From NCBI RefSeq assembly GCF_001194135.2, contig NC_068985.1, forward strand, positions 22,306,257 to 22,348,911: a DNA stretch of 42,655 nucleotides, written 5' to 3'. Positions 23,045 through 33,959 of this stretch are shown piece after piece. The number at the start of each line of letters is the position of its first letter. The stretch's first letter is position 1. The notes beneath the pieces were generated by a model that made no database searches, had not been told where the DNA came from, and saw only the letters and a program-made list of their open reading frames with translations. This DNA comes from Octopus bimaculoides. Taxonomy: Eukaryota. A program made the translations under genes and the position numbers.

Positions 23045-23158
23045 CGGATATCAACCAACATATCATTGGTGATTTTTTTAGAAACAACTTTATGCTTGCT
23101 TCCCTGGGGAAAATGGAGAGACTTTCGTATGCGACGAAGTCGACGGCTACAATAGCTC
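23045..23158 (-). CDS. SRP68: SRP68 coding exon 3
   Basis: (R)SYCSRRLRRIRKSLHFPQGSKHKVVSKKITNDMLVDI(R); ttacag acceptor, CG|gtaaat donor; not shown in the ORF track in this frame. Confidence 0.95.
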
Positions 23159-23751
23159 CTGTAAAGCAACAGATAATTGAAACATCAATGACATGTACCA
23201 TTAGAAAAAGAGATTTCTTTCTGAAACACAAAAATATGTTTTGTAAAAGGAATGTTATACAAAGAATAAAGGTCAAACACAGCATTATTTGAACTGAGAA
23301 CTGAGGATGAAAAGTTGTAATATATTTAATAACATATATTCTACAGTCTAGACCATCTCTATTATTCTTAAAAGAAATATTCATTTCTGATTTAGATAAA
23401 AGCTAGATTTTTGTAAGAGAGTGGACTGTAGTTAACTGCAATGTATCACTGGAAATAATAATTTTGATGAATGGGACTAAATACTGAAAAGCAAATTGTT
23501 TAGCGCTATTGTTTCTGCCAACTTGCATTAAAAACAAACATTTAACAATGATTTCAGCCAATGCTTTAGTGTTGAATTTGTGCCTTTGGAATTTTTTAGA
23601 TGTGAATCTAAGCCTTGTAAATTATGATTTAGTTTTAAAGCATTTCTTTTCAATCTATACCATTTTATATTCATCAATTTAATGAAATTAAAATAACCAT
23701 TTTCATAGGAACTCATTCTGGTAATAAATATGACTAGCATGACTTTTTAAA

Positions 23752-24135
23752 AATCTTTTACTTGCTTCAGTCATTGAACTGTGTAGCCAAACTGGGGAAC
23801 CACCTTAAAGGGTTTAATTGAACAAATCAACCCCAGTACTTATTCTATCAGTCTCTTTTGGAAAAGTGCTAAGTTACAGAGACATAAAAAAACAACAACA
23901 CTGGAAGCAGAAATGTGTGTGTGAACAAACCTATATACATACGTGTGTATGTGTATGTATGTATGTATGTATACATTCGTAATGAGTTTCCACTCAGCAT
24001 CCATCTACCAAATTCACTCACAAGGCATTGGCTAGACTGAGACTATAATAGAAAGTGTCCAAGATGCTGCACAGTGGAACTGAACCAGAAATCACATGGT
24101 TGTAAAGCAAGCTTCTTTAAAGTCATGCCTGTGCT
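23752..24135 (-). mobile_element. Near full-length tRNA-derived SINE in SRP68 intron 2
   Basis: Head, (TATG)n middle and cttttacttg.ttcagtca tail are all present. Confidence 0.8.
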
Positions 24136-24360
24136 TATACAATTATATATTTTTTTATTCTTTTATTTAGTTTCAGTCATTGCACTGCAGCCATATATAA
24201 AATTAAATCTAAATTAGATCAATGTTTTGAACATAAGGAATTGGTATTCTTAAAACTGAGAATTTGGTGTAAAATAATATAATTTATACACTGAAAGCAG
24301 AAAGTGACTTCTGTAAATATATTTTGAGCCTATTTAGAAAATAATGAAAATTAATTTTAC

Positions 24361-24427
24361 CTATAACGTTGATAATCTCCATGTCTAAGGCCATGTTGCT
24401 GTTGGGCTTCTTTAATTATCTGTAAAA
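24361..24427 (-). CDS. SRP68: SRP68 coding exon 2
   Basis: (I)LQIIKEAQQQHGLRHGDYQRY(R); cttcag acceptor, AG|gtaaaa donor; 67 nt; hallmark SRP68 motif. Confidence 0.97.
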
Positions 24428-24648
24428 CTGAAGATTAATATTCTCATAAGTAAAAGTTTCAAGTCACATGCACAGAATTAGAAGCAAAAAATATTTTCCA
24501 AAATGTCAACTGATGTTATGAACATTCTATTTTGTAATACCTCTATATGCCTATCTGCTAACATTTTTATATGAATTTAAATATATAAATACACACACAC
24601 ACATATGTATTAGTGTGCCTGAGATGTCAAAAGTGAGAATTGTATTAA

Positions 24649-25018
24649 CCTTTTTGATACTAAACTACCTGATACACCTTTGATTCTATGATACAAACAC
24701 CATGTTTTAAAGCAGTCATGGGCAAACTGGCAGGTGGGACTTTCTGAATGGCATGCCAATGAAAAATGACCTTGATTTTTTTTAGTAGCATGGCCCATCT
24801 GATGATAAGCCAAATCCCATGTGGCTACCTTCTCAAAAAAAGATTGCCCGTGCCTGTTTTAGAGTGATCTAAATTTAAACCTTCCATCAAAACATTTCAT
24901 GTTATGTTCCAAACACCAGCTTAATGATGACAAAGTTATTTTATTAAATTCTTCATCATTTTCAAAATTAACCGAAACAAAGTCAGTGTATTTCAACAGA
25001 AATATAATAGCAAGAGGG
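24649..25018. mobile_element. Decayed piggyBac-like non-autonomous element
   Basis: TTAA at 24645-48 and 25019-22; degenerate CCCT-type ends; left end resembles ccctttcgatacc at about 8633. Confidence 0.55.
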
Positions 25019-25302
25019 TTAATTACAGAAAGTGCATTCATAACATCCATAAAGTAATTGATAAACTTCTTGTCTAATGACTTTTCACTGTTTTTATTAA
25101 TAGTAAAATATTAATCTGTGATCCGAGTCAAAAAACTGAGATCAATAATTTGTAAATGTGACAGTGCATGCTGTCCACAGAGAAGTGGTTAAGTCACAAA
25201 GGTACACAACTACGTAGTTAAGTGTGCTATCAATAATTATGGATTTTTCATTGTTCTACTCAACAGCTGAATGGTAGTTATAAAAATGTAATTAATAAAT
25301 AA

Positions 25303-25675
25303 TAGGTGCAGATGCGGCTGAGAAACTTGTTTCACAAACATGTGGTCGTGGGTCCAGTCCCACTGCACAGCACTTTGAGCAAGTGTCTTCTACTTAAGCT
25401 CCAGGCTGAGTAAAGCCTAGGGAGTGGATTTGGTAAGTAGAATATGTATGTGTGTGCGTGTGTCCTCGTGATGATTGCGAATGGATATCCCTGTCATACA
25501 AGTGATGTTGTTCATTTCCAGTCTTCCTTGGAAATCAGATCTGGCTATGGAAAATATTATTTTGCTTGGAAACATGTGAGAGTAGATGACTAGGGCATCC
25601 AGTTGTTGAAAAAAATCTATCTCATCAAATTCTATCTGACCCATGCAAGCATGAAAAAGTGGACATTGATAATGA
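25303..25675 (+). mobile_element. tRNA-derived SINE with RTE-like tail in SRP68 intron 1
   Basis: ccagtcccactgcacagcac...caagtgtcttctac head; ccatgcaagcatg.aaaagtggac tail. Confidence 0.8.
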
Positions 25676-26477
25676 TACTTTCTTCAAAAATATTAAGTTT
25701 CATAAAGATTTCCTTGATTTCATCATTATTTAATCTTCTTACTACCGCACTACACATTGGTAATTATCACATGTGAATTATCATATAATTATATTTATAT
25801 ACAGATCCATACTTTCTCTATATATAATTCAATTAAGTGATTTCAATTCTCATTTCAATGACTTGACTAATTGACTTTGTTTTGCTAATAATTAGGTAGT
25901 TAAAAGTTTATTTAACTTGGTAATTATTACCAATCTTTCAGTGAATATAAAACTTTCTGTTCTCAGTTGTAATACTAAAGAGATATACTATTTCCTTGCT
26001 TTTCAATTTATCTTTTTGATTATGAATTTACTTGTATAGCTAATTAGATAAATGAAAATTTGAATCTGTCTTCACAGGCATTTCCAATTTCTTTTAGTTG
26101 ACTTAATATTTCAGATGAATAAAAATTTTCTAAAATAGGCTGTCCATATGTAAGGAATATCCAGTGATGGCTAACTAACTTGTTGGCAATTGATTGTTAA
26201 ACAATATATTCATGGTTTAAATATTTACACACACACACACACACACATATAGCGCATAGAAGGGATTATGATCTAAGTTGTGTTCTTGTGAAACACATCT
26301 GCACATTCCAGTAACCAAATGTATATAACTGTTATGAATTTATCATTTTATTAATATTTATATTCTTAATGTATTTATTGTATTGTAATGAAACGTGTGA
26401 CATGGAATTAAAAATATACCAAATTTTTCAGTTTTTGTTTTAACACACACATATATATATGCATCTTATGATCCTAA

Positions 26478-26558
26478 GTTTCACCAGGGGATGTACAGAG
26501 TATTCAGGCAAATTATGACATAACTTGACTGAAGACCCTGTACATCCATAGGTGAAAC
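26478..26558. repeat. 81-nt near-perfect fold-back palindrome
   Basis: gtttcaccaggggatgtacagagtattcaggcaaattatg-a-cataacttgactgaagaccctgtacatccataggtgaaac; 40 paired positions with few mismatches. Confidence 0.9.
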
Positions 26559-26694
26559 TCATGGTAGCAAGAGACTGACTTGACCAAAATAAAATATATT
26601 ATTAATCTCTACCATGGTATCCATCGTATCAAGTTCTCTTTATCTAACAGACAACACTAAATGGATTTATATATATATATATATATAAAATTTA

Positions 26695-26860
26695 TAGAAA
26701 AACAAAAGACAAAGTGTATGAACAACAAGCAAGTGTATTAGTTTGACACTCGGGAAAATGAAGAAGTCTTTTACGTTTCGAGCCTACGCACTTCAACAGA
26801 AAGGAATAAGAGGAAAAAAAAAAAAAAGAGAAAGAATGAAAAAAATTTGTAGATTTCAGT
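26695..26860 (-). mobile_element. Penelope-like element terminal fragment
   Basis: Carries a minimal hammerhead-like motif with palindromic GAAACGUA, typical of Penelope-like terminal repeats; no ORF, so the assignment is inferential. Confidence 0.45.
26768..26803 (-). ncRNA. Minimal type I hammerhead-ribozyme-like motif (variant core CUGUUGA)
   Basis: CUUU-CUGUUGA-A-GUGC-GUAG-GCUC-GAAA-CG-UA-AAAG: helix I 4/4, helix II 3/4, palindromic ACGU helix III. Confidence 0.55.
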
Positions 26861-27807
26861 GGTACAGCATATATAAAGAGAAGCTCCAAAATAATATATA
26901 ACAGTACACAAGAAAATTATAGACATTTAGAAATTATATTTATAAACAATTAAGAATTATCATTTGTTAGAAATTATTGACAGCAGCTGGTATAGACAGA
27001 CACTTCACAGATGAGATGGTAAATGATTAGACGATTTGCAGATGTTGATAAATACATGCTGTTATAGAAAAAGAAATGATAACGAGAGAATATAAGGTAT
27101 TAAGAGATTCACAGTGACTGGAATAGAATATAGCTGAAACCAGCCATTAGTATTAGGAACAGTGCACATTACTCTCCTAGATGAAAATAGTAATAAATCG
27201 AAAATGTTGCACCTGAAATTCTCTGATACAGAAAAATACTTTTGAAGCATGCTACTCATGTATATTGTTGGATACCTCATCAATTGCTATTTTTCAGCTT
27301 TTTTGTATTAATCATCTTTAGAGCTTTTAATTATTTTTGGAGTTTGATAATTATGAAGTAAAAGTACAGGACTACTGATCACTTAATTCAAGACAACTAG
27401 CTATGTGCTGAGTCCCTGAGAAATATGTCTCACTTCACCTGTCAGAATAATGGTTTTCAATCCTATTCATTGTTCAGTAATTAAAGGTGAGAAGAGCTGC
27501 TAGAGTATAAAATTCGTCTTTCTTGAAACTGGTGCTGAGCAGTAAGCTCAGCTCACAACTGAACAACAGACACACTAGCAACTTGTTTGATTTATGGTTG
27601 AAACTTTAACTTCAAATTTACAACACTACATCTGATCACTGTGTAGCTTGACCTACCAATTTTCTCAACAAATGCTAGGCTTTATAATATCTAATCTTTT
27701 ATAGTGATCACAAATTATAACGATTAAGCTTCCTCTTTAGAGCTGCGCTATAAATCAGTCATACACAAAAAGCAAATTTGTCTCACACTCAAATCCTGCT
27801 TCCAAAT

Positions 27808-27980
27808 CATCATCATTATAGTTTAACATCCCTTTTCTGTGCTGGCATAAGTTGTATGGTTCAACAGGAACTGTCAAGCAAGAGGACTGCAGCAAGCCCC
27901 AATGTCTGCTTTGAATGCCTTTCCTAACACAAACCATTTTGTCAAGTATATTGGGTGTGCTTTCTGTGGAACTGGCACAT
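27808..27980 (-). mobile_element. SINE/RTE 3' tail remnant
   Basis: catcatcatt...tttaacatcccttttctgtgctggcat...gaatgcctttcctaacacaaacc. Confidence 0.55.
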
Positions 27981-28899
27981 CCTCCTTTTATCACTCCCAT
28001 TATTGTATATGAAACACTTCACCAAAACTAATAGAACTATAATTCCTTCTCATTCCTGTTTTCCTTTTGACAACCTACTTGAAACTAAAGAAACTTATTA
28101 ATCTTGGTTTCTTTTTTTAGTAGTGTTGCTACCTGATGATGAGCTATGTCTCATGTGGCCCATTTCTTGAAACAATGTTGCTCATGTCTGCTATAAATTT
28201 AACAAAAGAGACCCAACTTTGAAAACATGGATAAAAACTGGCTGTTTTATTATGTATGTAAAATGGTCTTCCTTATTTTATTTAAAATCAAGATTAGGAA
28301 AATGAAATCCAAACTAAAAACAAGCCAGAGTTTTTAACTCTAAAATTAAGTGACAACTCATAAGAAAAGGCATACTGTCATAGATTTTATTCATTGCTAT
28401 TATATCTCTGTAACAGAGATATATTATAAAATAATAAAGAATGTATGCATAATATTGAATAATTTTGTTTAATTTTAAACTTTATGCATGTCAAGAAAAT
28501 TGTTTTCTTAATCTTACATAACACTGATGTAGTTGATTTATACATATGGATAAAATAAAATGGAAATCTCTTTATGATAAAACACCTGTGAAAGTGTATG
28601 TGTGTGAGGATATTGAACACTAAACTTGCCCATGTCTAGATTAAAATTGAACCCAAGCCTTTTTAAATACCATCTAACATACTTGAAGAAAAATGGAATA
28701 TAAAACGAAAAATGGTTTAATTTCTCATTAACTTTTCAACTGTTTACTGTGTTAAAGCTGCAATTTCTATTTGTCATAAAACAACAGATTATATGGAGAA
28801 CATTTATTTGAATACTAAGGGAAATTAAGTACAGTTAAAATTATATCAACAGCAGTAACTAAAACTACCAAAGTACAGAGGCTGTCTAATATTGATTTC

Positions 28900-29525
28900 T
28901 AACAGAGGAACAAAAGCCACATTTGTTTAAAGGGGTATTAATCAGTGAGATCGATTTCAGTACTTGACATATTTTATCGACCCTGAATAGATGAAAGGTA
29001 AAATAGACCCCAGTAGGGTTTGTACTCACAGCATAAAAAGACCTAATTAAATACTGCAAGGTCATTTTATCAGGAATTTTACTGATTCTGCCGTATGCCA
29101 CCCTGAAGGCTGTGTTAAATATCTTATATCGGCTTAGGAGGAGTAGGAGTAAATGAATTCAACACCGGTAAGAGGAGGAGTAGAGTAAATTAATTCAATA
29201 CCAATAAACAACTGGTACATATTTATCGATGCCGGAGAGATGAAAGACAAAGACTTTCTTCAAAAGGATGTGAAATCAGAATTTCTGATGTATGGAACTA
29301 AATAATACAAAGAGTGTGCTCTAGCGCTTTAAAGTTTCTGAGTTTCTATCGCTATATTTTCTTATAGTGGCACAAAGTCACATATTTGGAGTGGGGACGG
29401 AGTAGTCGATTCAACTGATTCTTGTGTTTGGTCACTTCGGCGGAATTTGAACTCAGAATACAAAGTAACCAAAATAGAAATACAAGACATTTTGTCTACT
29501 GCCTTTACAGATTCGGCTAACCACC
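28900..29525 (-). mobile_element. Three consecutive decayed copies of the second SINE family (about 28900-29105, 29170-29345, 29385-29525)
   Basis: Each carries parts of tttatcgac...atgaaagg.aaa.t.gac / cggcggaatttgaactcagaa, as at 22578. Confidence 0.7.
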
Positions 29526-30262
29526 CTTGTCACATTTCGATAAAACCTAAAACAAGACGCTTATTGTTCTTTAGTAATATCCGAAAGATTTTTACAAAAA
29601 TAAAAAAAATCTAAGAGAACAGAATTTAAACGTTAAAAAAATACTGAAAAGTGTTACAAAATCGAATATCTAAATAGAACAGAACTTCAAAATATATAGT
29701 TACATATCAAATTAAATTGTTTTTACTCTGTTGGATTGTAAAGACTGTCAGATTACACTTTCCACGTGTTAGTAAATAGGTACGAGATAACGGATAACAT
29801 ATGGATAACACCCTGTTTTAAAATGAGATTAATTTCGGATCAAAGGGAATTTCTAAAACCATGCTGGTTAGGACAGTTGGATCGATGTTATACATTTCTA
29901 AATCTGGATAAAGAATGATGAAATTAGCTGAAAAATTGTACAGCAGCAGATGAACGTCGATGCATAAATGAGCCAAACTGCACGAGATCTAAACATGAGG
30001 TGTCATACGTAACTGACACGTATGTGAACATTAAAGCAACGAAAACACAATCGGCAGGTTTTGATTTCGAATTACAACTAGCCTGTAGTAAAGTACAATG
30101 AAATGTAAAATATCTTCAGAAAAATATTCCTTATGAATAAGAAAATGGTGCAAAATTCGAACCATTTCTGATGACTGAATAAGCAAGTAAGTACTAGTCT
30201 GAATAACATTAGCATTATGAACAAACAACACATAACTAAAAAGATCAAGTAAATTATTATAC

Positions 30263-30362
30263 TTTCAAGTGTAAAACTTGTTGAGGCCGATGTACGATGA
30301 TCCTTTCTTGATTCCGAATGTTCGTGTGAAGAATCGCCAGCCGCATTACTTGATTGAGCCAT
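30263..30362 (-). CDS. SRP68: SRP68 coding exon 1
   Basis: MAQSSNAAGDSSHEHSESRKDHRTSASTSFTLE+A. The phase-1 donor gtataa joins exon 2 to give TLE-I-LQIIKE (human SLE-I-LQIIKE). The ORF-track start at 30443 is a TTG, so 30362 is the first in-frame ATG. Confidence 0.9.
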
Positions 30363-31369
30363 ATTGAATGACTTAGTTGATGATGAGCGCCACCTACCAT
30401 ACTTTAGAGAGTTATCTCCTCTTGCATATTCTTTGGAAATCAATGTTAAATCGCAATGGCAGAATAGTTAAGTGTTAGATTCTTGGATGAAGAGTTGTAA
30501 GTTCGTATTTTACTTCTATGCACTCTGACATACAACTCTTGTAAACTGTAGACTGGTTGTATAGCTTAGTGTTTGTGTGTATAGAAAGTACTTGGGAGAT
30601 ATGTTACTGAGTTCAGCACAAACACAAAAACTTAACTGTATTAATAATGATTTTTTTTTACATGGCTACAAATTTCCAGGGAAAAAGTATAGTAAATTGA
30701 ATCGATTCTTGTACATACTGTTATCAATTTTATTAACTCCAGAAAGAGGTAAGATGAAGTTTTCCTCCGTGGAATACAGAGTGCTGAGGTTAAATTCTAT
30801 AACACAATTAGCCAAAGGCTGTATAGAAATTAAAGGTACCAGATATAACAATAATAATTATACACATACATACATGATAGCTGTCCATTTGTGACTGATG
30901 AAGACCATTACTGACCATTGCCTATGTGAAGTGTCAGTAATGCCGTGCATGAGGTTATTGCACCCATTGTCAACTTCACCCAGGTTTGTGCTCATGGCAT
31001 CCATGCTTGTTGTAGAGTCCTCCTACTTGACCAGGTACTGGAAAGTCAGTGATTGCACACCCTAAAATTTTAGGTTCAAGAAGGCTTTTACAACACCTCA
31101 CATATCCTCTCCACCCTATTGACATGATCCAGAGACAAGCCAGAGAAAGATATCCAGTGCCAAAATAGGTTACAGGCTCAGGAATGTTGAAATGCCATGA
31201 TCTCAAGTGCATGCAAAATACCTCCAAAATGTTCAATGCCATTCCCAGCATGTCTGGTTTTATGTCAGTGACCTTCTCCAAGAGGCATGCTTTAACAAAA
31301 GCTTAGGAGTGCCTCATACCCATGAAAGAAGTTCTGTTGGCCACTTGGTGGTAGTATTAGTTAAAGAAA

Positions 31370-31745
31370 GAATTTCATTTGCAGTCATGCATTGTTACTC
31401 TGATGTGTGATTAATGTTGCAAAGGTAAAAAGAAAAACCTCTAGAGTAACATTATTCAACAGAGTGCATAGCTCGGACATAGGAAGTCTCTCTAAGTTGA
31501 ACCATTATTTCTCCACATTGAGAAATCACACCTCCAGTACTACAGGCATGTGATTAGAATATCACAGGAAAGAATTGCATGGTAGATTCTTCAAGCTGAG
31601 CCAACCAGCAGAAGACACAGAGGATAGACCAAGAATGAAATGTAAGCTCAGTCTTTCATGTTTGGGAATCCAACCAGAAAGTGAATGACAGTTGCTTCTG
31701 ATAGGGCCCTATAGAGGAGGTGCCTGAGGATTCTACTCCAATGAC
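31370..31745 (+). mobile_element. Heavily decayed RTE-clade LINE 3' end (third lineage)
   Basis: Remnants RVTLFNRVHSSDI, EPLFLHIEKSHLQYYRHVIRISQERIA, ILQAEPTSRRHRG. Confidence 0.7.
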
Positions 31746-33324
31746 ACTTCCAGGAACAGTGGGCAGAGAAAATGACAGGCTGGATGGATGGAGGTAAAAA
31801 GAAGATTATAAAAGAAAGACTGCAATATAGAGCTTTGTTCAACTGGACATGTATCTAATTTTAGATCAACTAATTTGTTTTGTGGTTCTGCTTTCCTTAT
31901 GTTTAGTTGTAAGAGAGCAAAGCATATGTTTGTCACCTATTGAAATGAAGGGAAAAAGTACTAAGAGAAAATTCCTTTTGAAGTCTGTTTTATATAACCA
32001 AAATGATTGAGATAACACTGATCTCTCATTGGTCCAATAAAACAAATGAGTAATAGTGAATGATCAAAACAAGTAGTTTCATGATGGTTGCTACCATTCT
32101 ATCATTTCTGCTAATCCATTGTCTTCAAATTATCAACTCTTACAACCTAATTTGATCCAAATAAGAGGCTTTTACTACAATGATCTTCTCTTCAAAGAGC
32201 TAGAAAACAATTTTTTTCATTTAATGGAATTAGTGGTATATGATAGAAGTTTTGTGAAGGTTTTTATAAAGAAAATATGGTGAATTTAAAGAAAAGTAGT
32301 AAAATATACTCTAACACAAAATTAACATTTTGTTTTCCTTTTAATAGTTTCCTCTATAAACAGCAATCTTTTGTCTGTCTATCTGTCACATATCAAAGCC
32401 ACACACACATACACACACACACACACACACCAGCTGAAAAACACAGCATTGGCAGAGTTGAAGACTCGGAATAAATGGTAACATTGCAAAGCAATTTAAC
32501 TAATAGTAAATCTTCCCCCCAAAAATACTCAACACAGTTCAAGACAATTCAAAAAAAAGTTTTTCCTAAGAATATTTTTTTTAGATTTCATTTAAACATA
32601 CAATTTCTATGATTTTGCAAACATTGTACACAAATTTAAATATTTTCAGTCCCTCAATTTCAATTAAGCATTATCTTAACTCTAACCTTCACACACTCAT
32701 TGTAAGTGCTTACACCAAACCCTTAACCTTAAATCCTAAATGTAAGGCCTTATCTCAAAAAACTCTAACCATCAGCTTATCTCTAAATCCTAAACCCTAA
32801 TAGTGACCAAAATCCTACTCCTAAATCCTAATGCCAATCCCTGATCCTAAGATTACTTTTTGTGTAGATTAGTAATCTGCTTCATTTAAAGCATACACTT
32901 TTGGGAAAAAAAATTGAAATTGAACATGTACCATCAGACATGTACTTTGAAATAAATGGAACAAAAATGATAGACACTTGTAATTTGGAACAACCAAAAT
33001 ATATAAAATATGAAGAAAATTTTAGAAAAAGATATGGAAGTTATGTGGGACATTTATCAATATTTTGTGAAGCCATATTAAAGTGCCAGACATACTTAAG
33101 TTGTACTATTACACCAACATTAAGCACCTAGGTTCTTGCAGAGAATAATTGAGGATCTTTTTTCAGTATGTCTTTGATGTGACACTCCAGGTGTTTTCAG
33201 TCTGTCGTTGAGAAACTCACTGGATATTTCAGTACACAATTTCAAAGACCGCAGCTGTTGATTCATCATTTCTTTAGTATGGTCACAGGTATTTCAGGTA
33301 GTAAATAGTAAATATATATGTTAA

Positions 33325-33339
33325 TAGAGAGAGAGGAGA

Positions 33340-33381
<42 letters not shown>
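33325..33381. repeat. (GA)n microsatellite
   Basis: Direct inspection. Confidence 0.95.
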
Positions 33382-33383
<2 letters not shown>

Positions 33384-33450
33384 AGGTGGTACAAATAGCA
33401 GAAATATATCTCAAAACCTAAAAGCACAGTACAACACATACATTATTTAA

Positions 33451-33798
33451 CTGTAGCCTACACCAGTGTCGCATAACCAGCCCATTTAAAAAGAAAAGTA
33501 CCTTTGAATTGTTGGGTGACATGCCGTGCTTGAGGAGACCTATTGAGTCAAGTAAAATCAAAATACAGTCAAATGGAAATTGTAGTTGTGGCCTAGGCCA
33601 GTGCCACCTGACTGGCTCCTGTACTGGTGGCACTCAAAAAGCACCATTCATGCATGGGTCATTGCCAGGCACATAAAAAGAACCATCCGAATGTGGCTGA
33701 TACCAGTGCCACCTGACTGACTCCCATGCTGGTGGCACATAAAAAGCACTCACTACACTCTTGGAGTGGTTGGCATTAAACGATGATGATGATGATGA
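33451..33798 (+). mobile_element. RTE 3' UTR with (GAT)n tail
   Basis: Homologous to the 3' UTR of fragment B (gtgacatg..gtgcttgaggagacc..tgagtcaagta); ends in aacgatgatgatgatgatga. Confidence 0.8.
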
Positions 33799-33919
33799 TA
33801 TATATATGTATACACACACACACACACACACAGGTGCAAAACAAGATGGAAAAAATAGTAATCAAATACCAAAGGTAGGGTAATATACTTTTTATTAAAG
33901 GTGCAAAATTATTGCTGGA

Positions 33920-33957
33920 CCGTTACTCAGACTTTCACACTCCCATTCATCAGACAA
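33920..33957 (-). ncRNA. Decayed minimal type I hammerhead-ribozyme-like motif in a probable Penelope-like fragment (33833-33959)
   Basis: UUGU-CUGAUGA-AUG-GGAG-UGU-GAAA-GUC-U-GAG-UA-ACGG: canonical CUGAUGA/GAAA/UH order with short helices; 15.2:16.2 is a G.G mismatch. Confidence 0.5.
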
Positions 33958-33959
33958 TT

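Noticed and set aside
28133-28190. 58-nt cassette with AG/GT sites that would add a premature stop to SRP68 (poison exon)
   Set aside because: Only generic splice signals in a 5.8-kb intron; no independent support without RNA data
30363-30443. N-terminal extension of SRP68 suggested by the ORF track
   Set aside because: It begins at TTG, not ATG, and has no similarity to SRP68
30894-30942. CTGATGA followed by a 10-bp stem (cattactgac/gtcagtaatg) as a hammerhead
   Set aside because: No GAAA or UH after the stem
32901-33131. 76-aa plus-strand ORF
   Set aside because: TTG start, AT-rich, no recognisable domain
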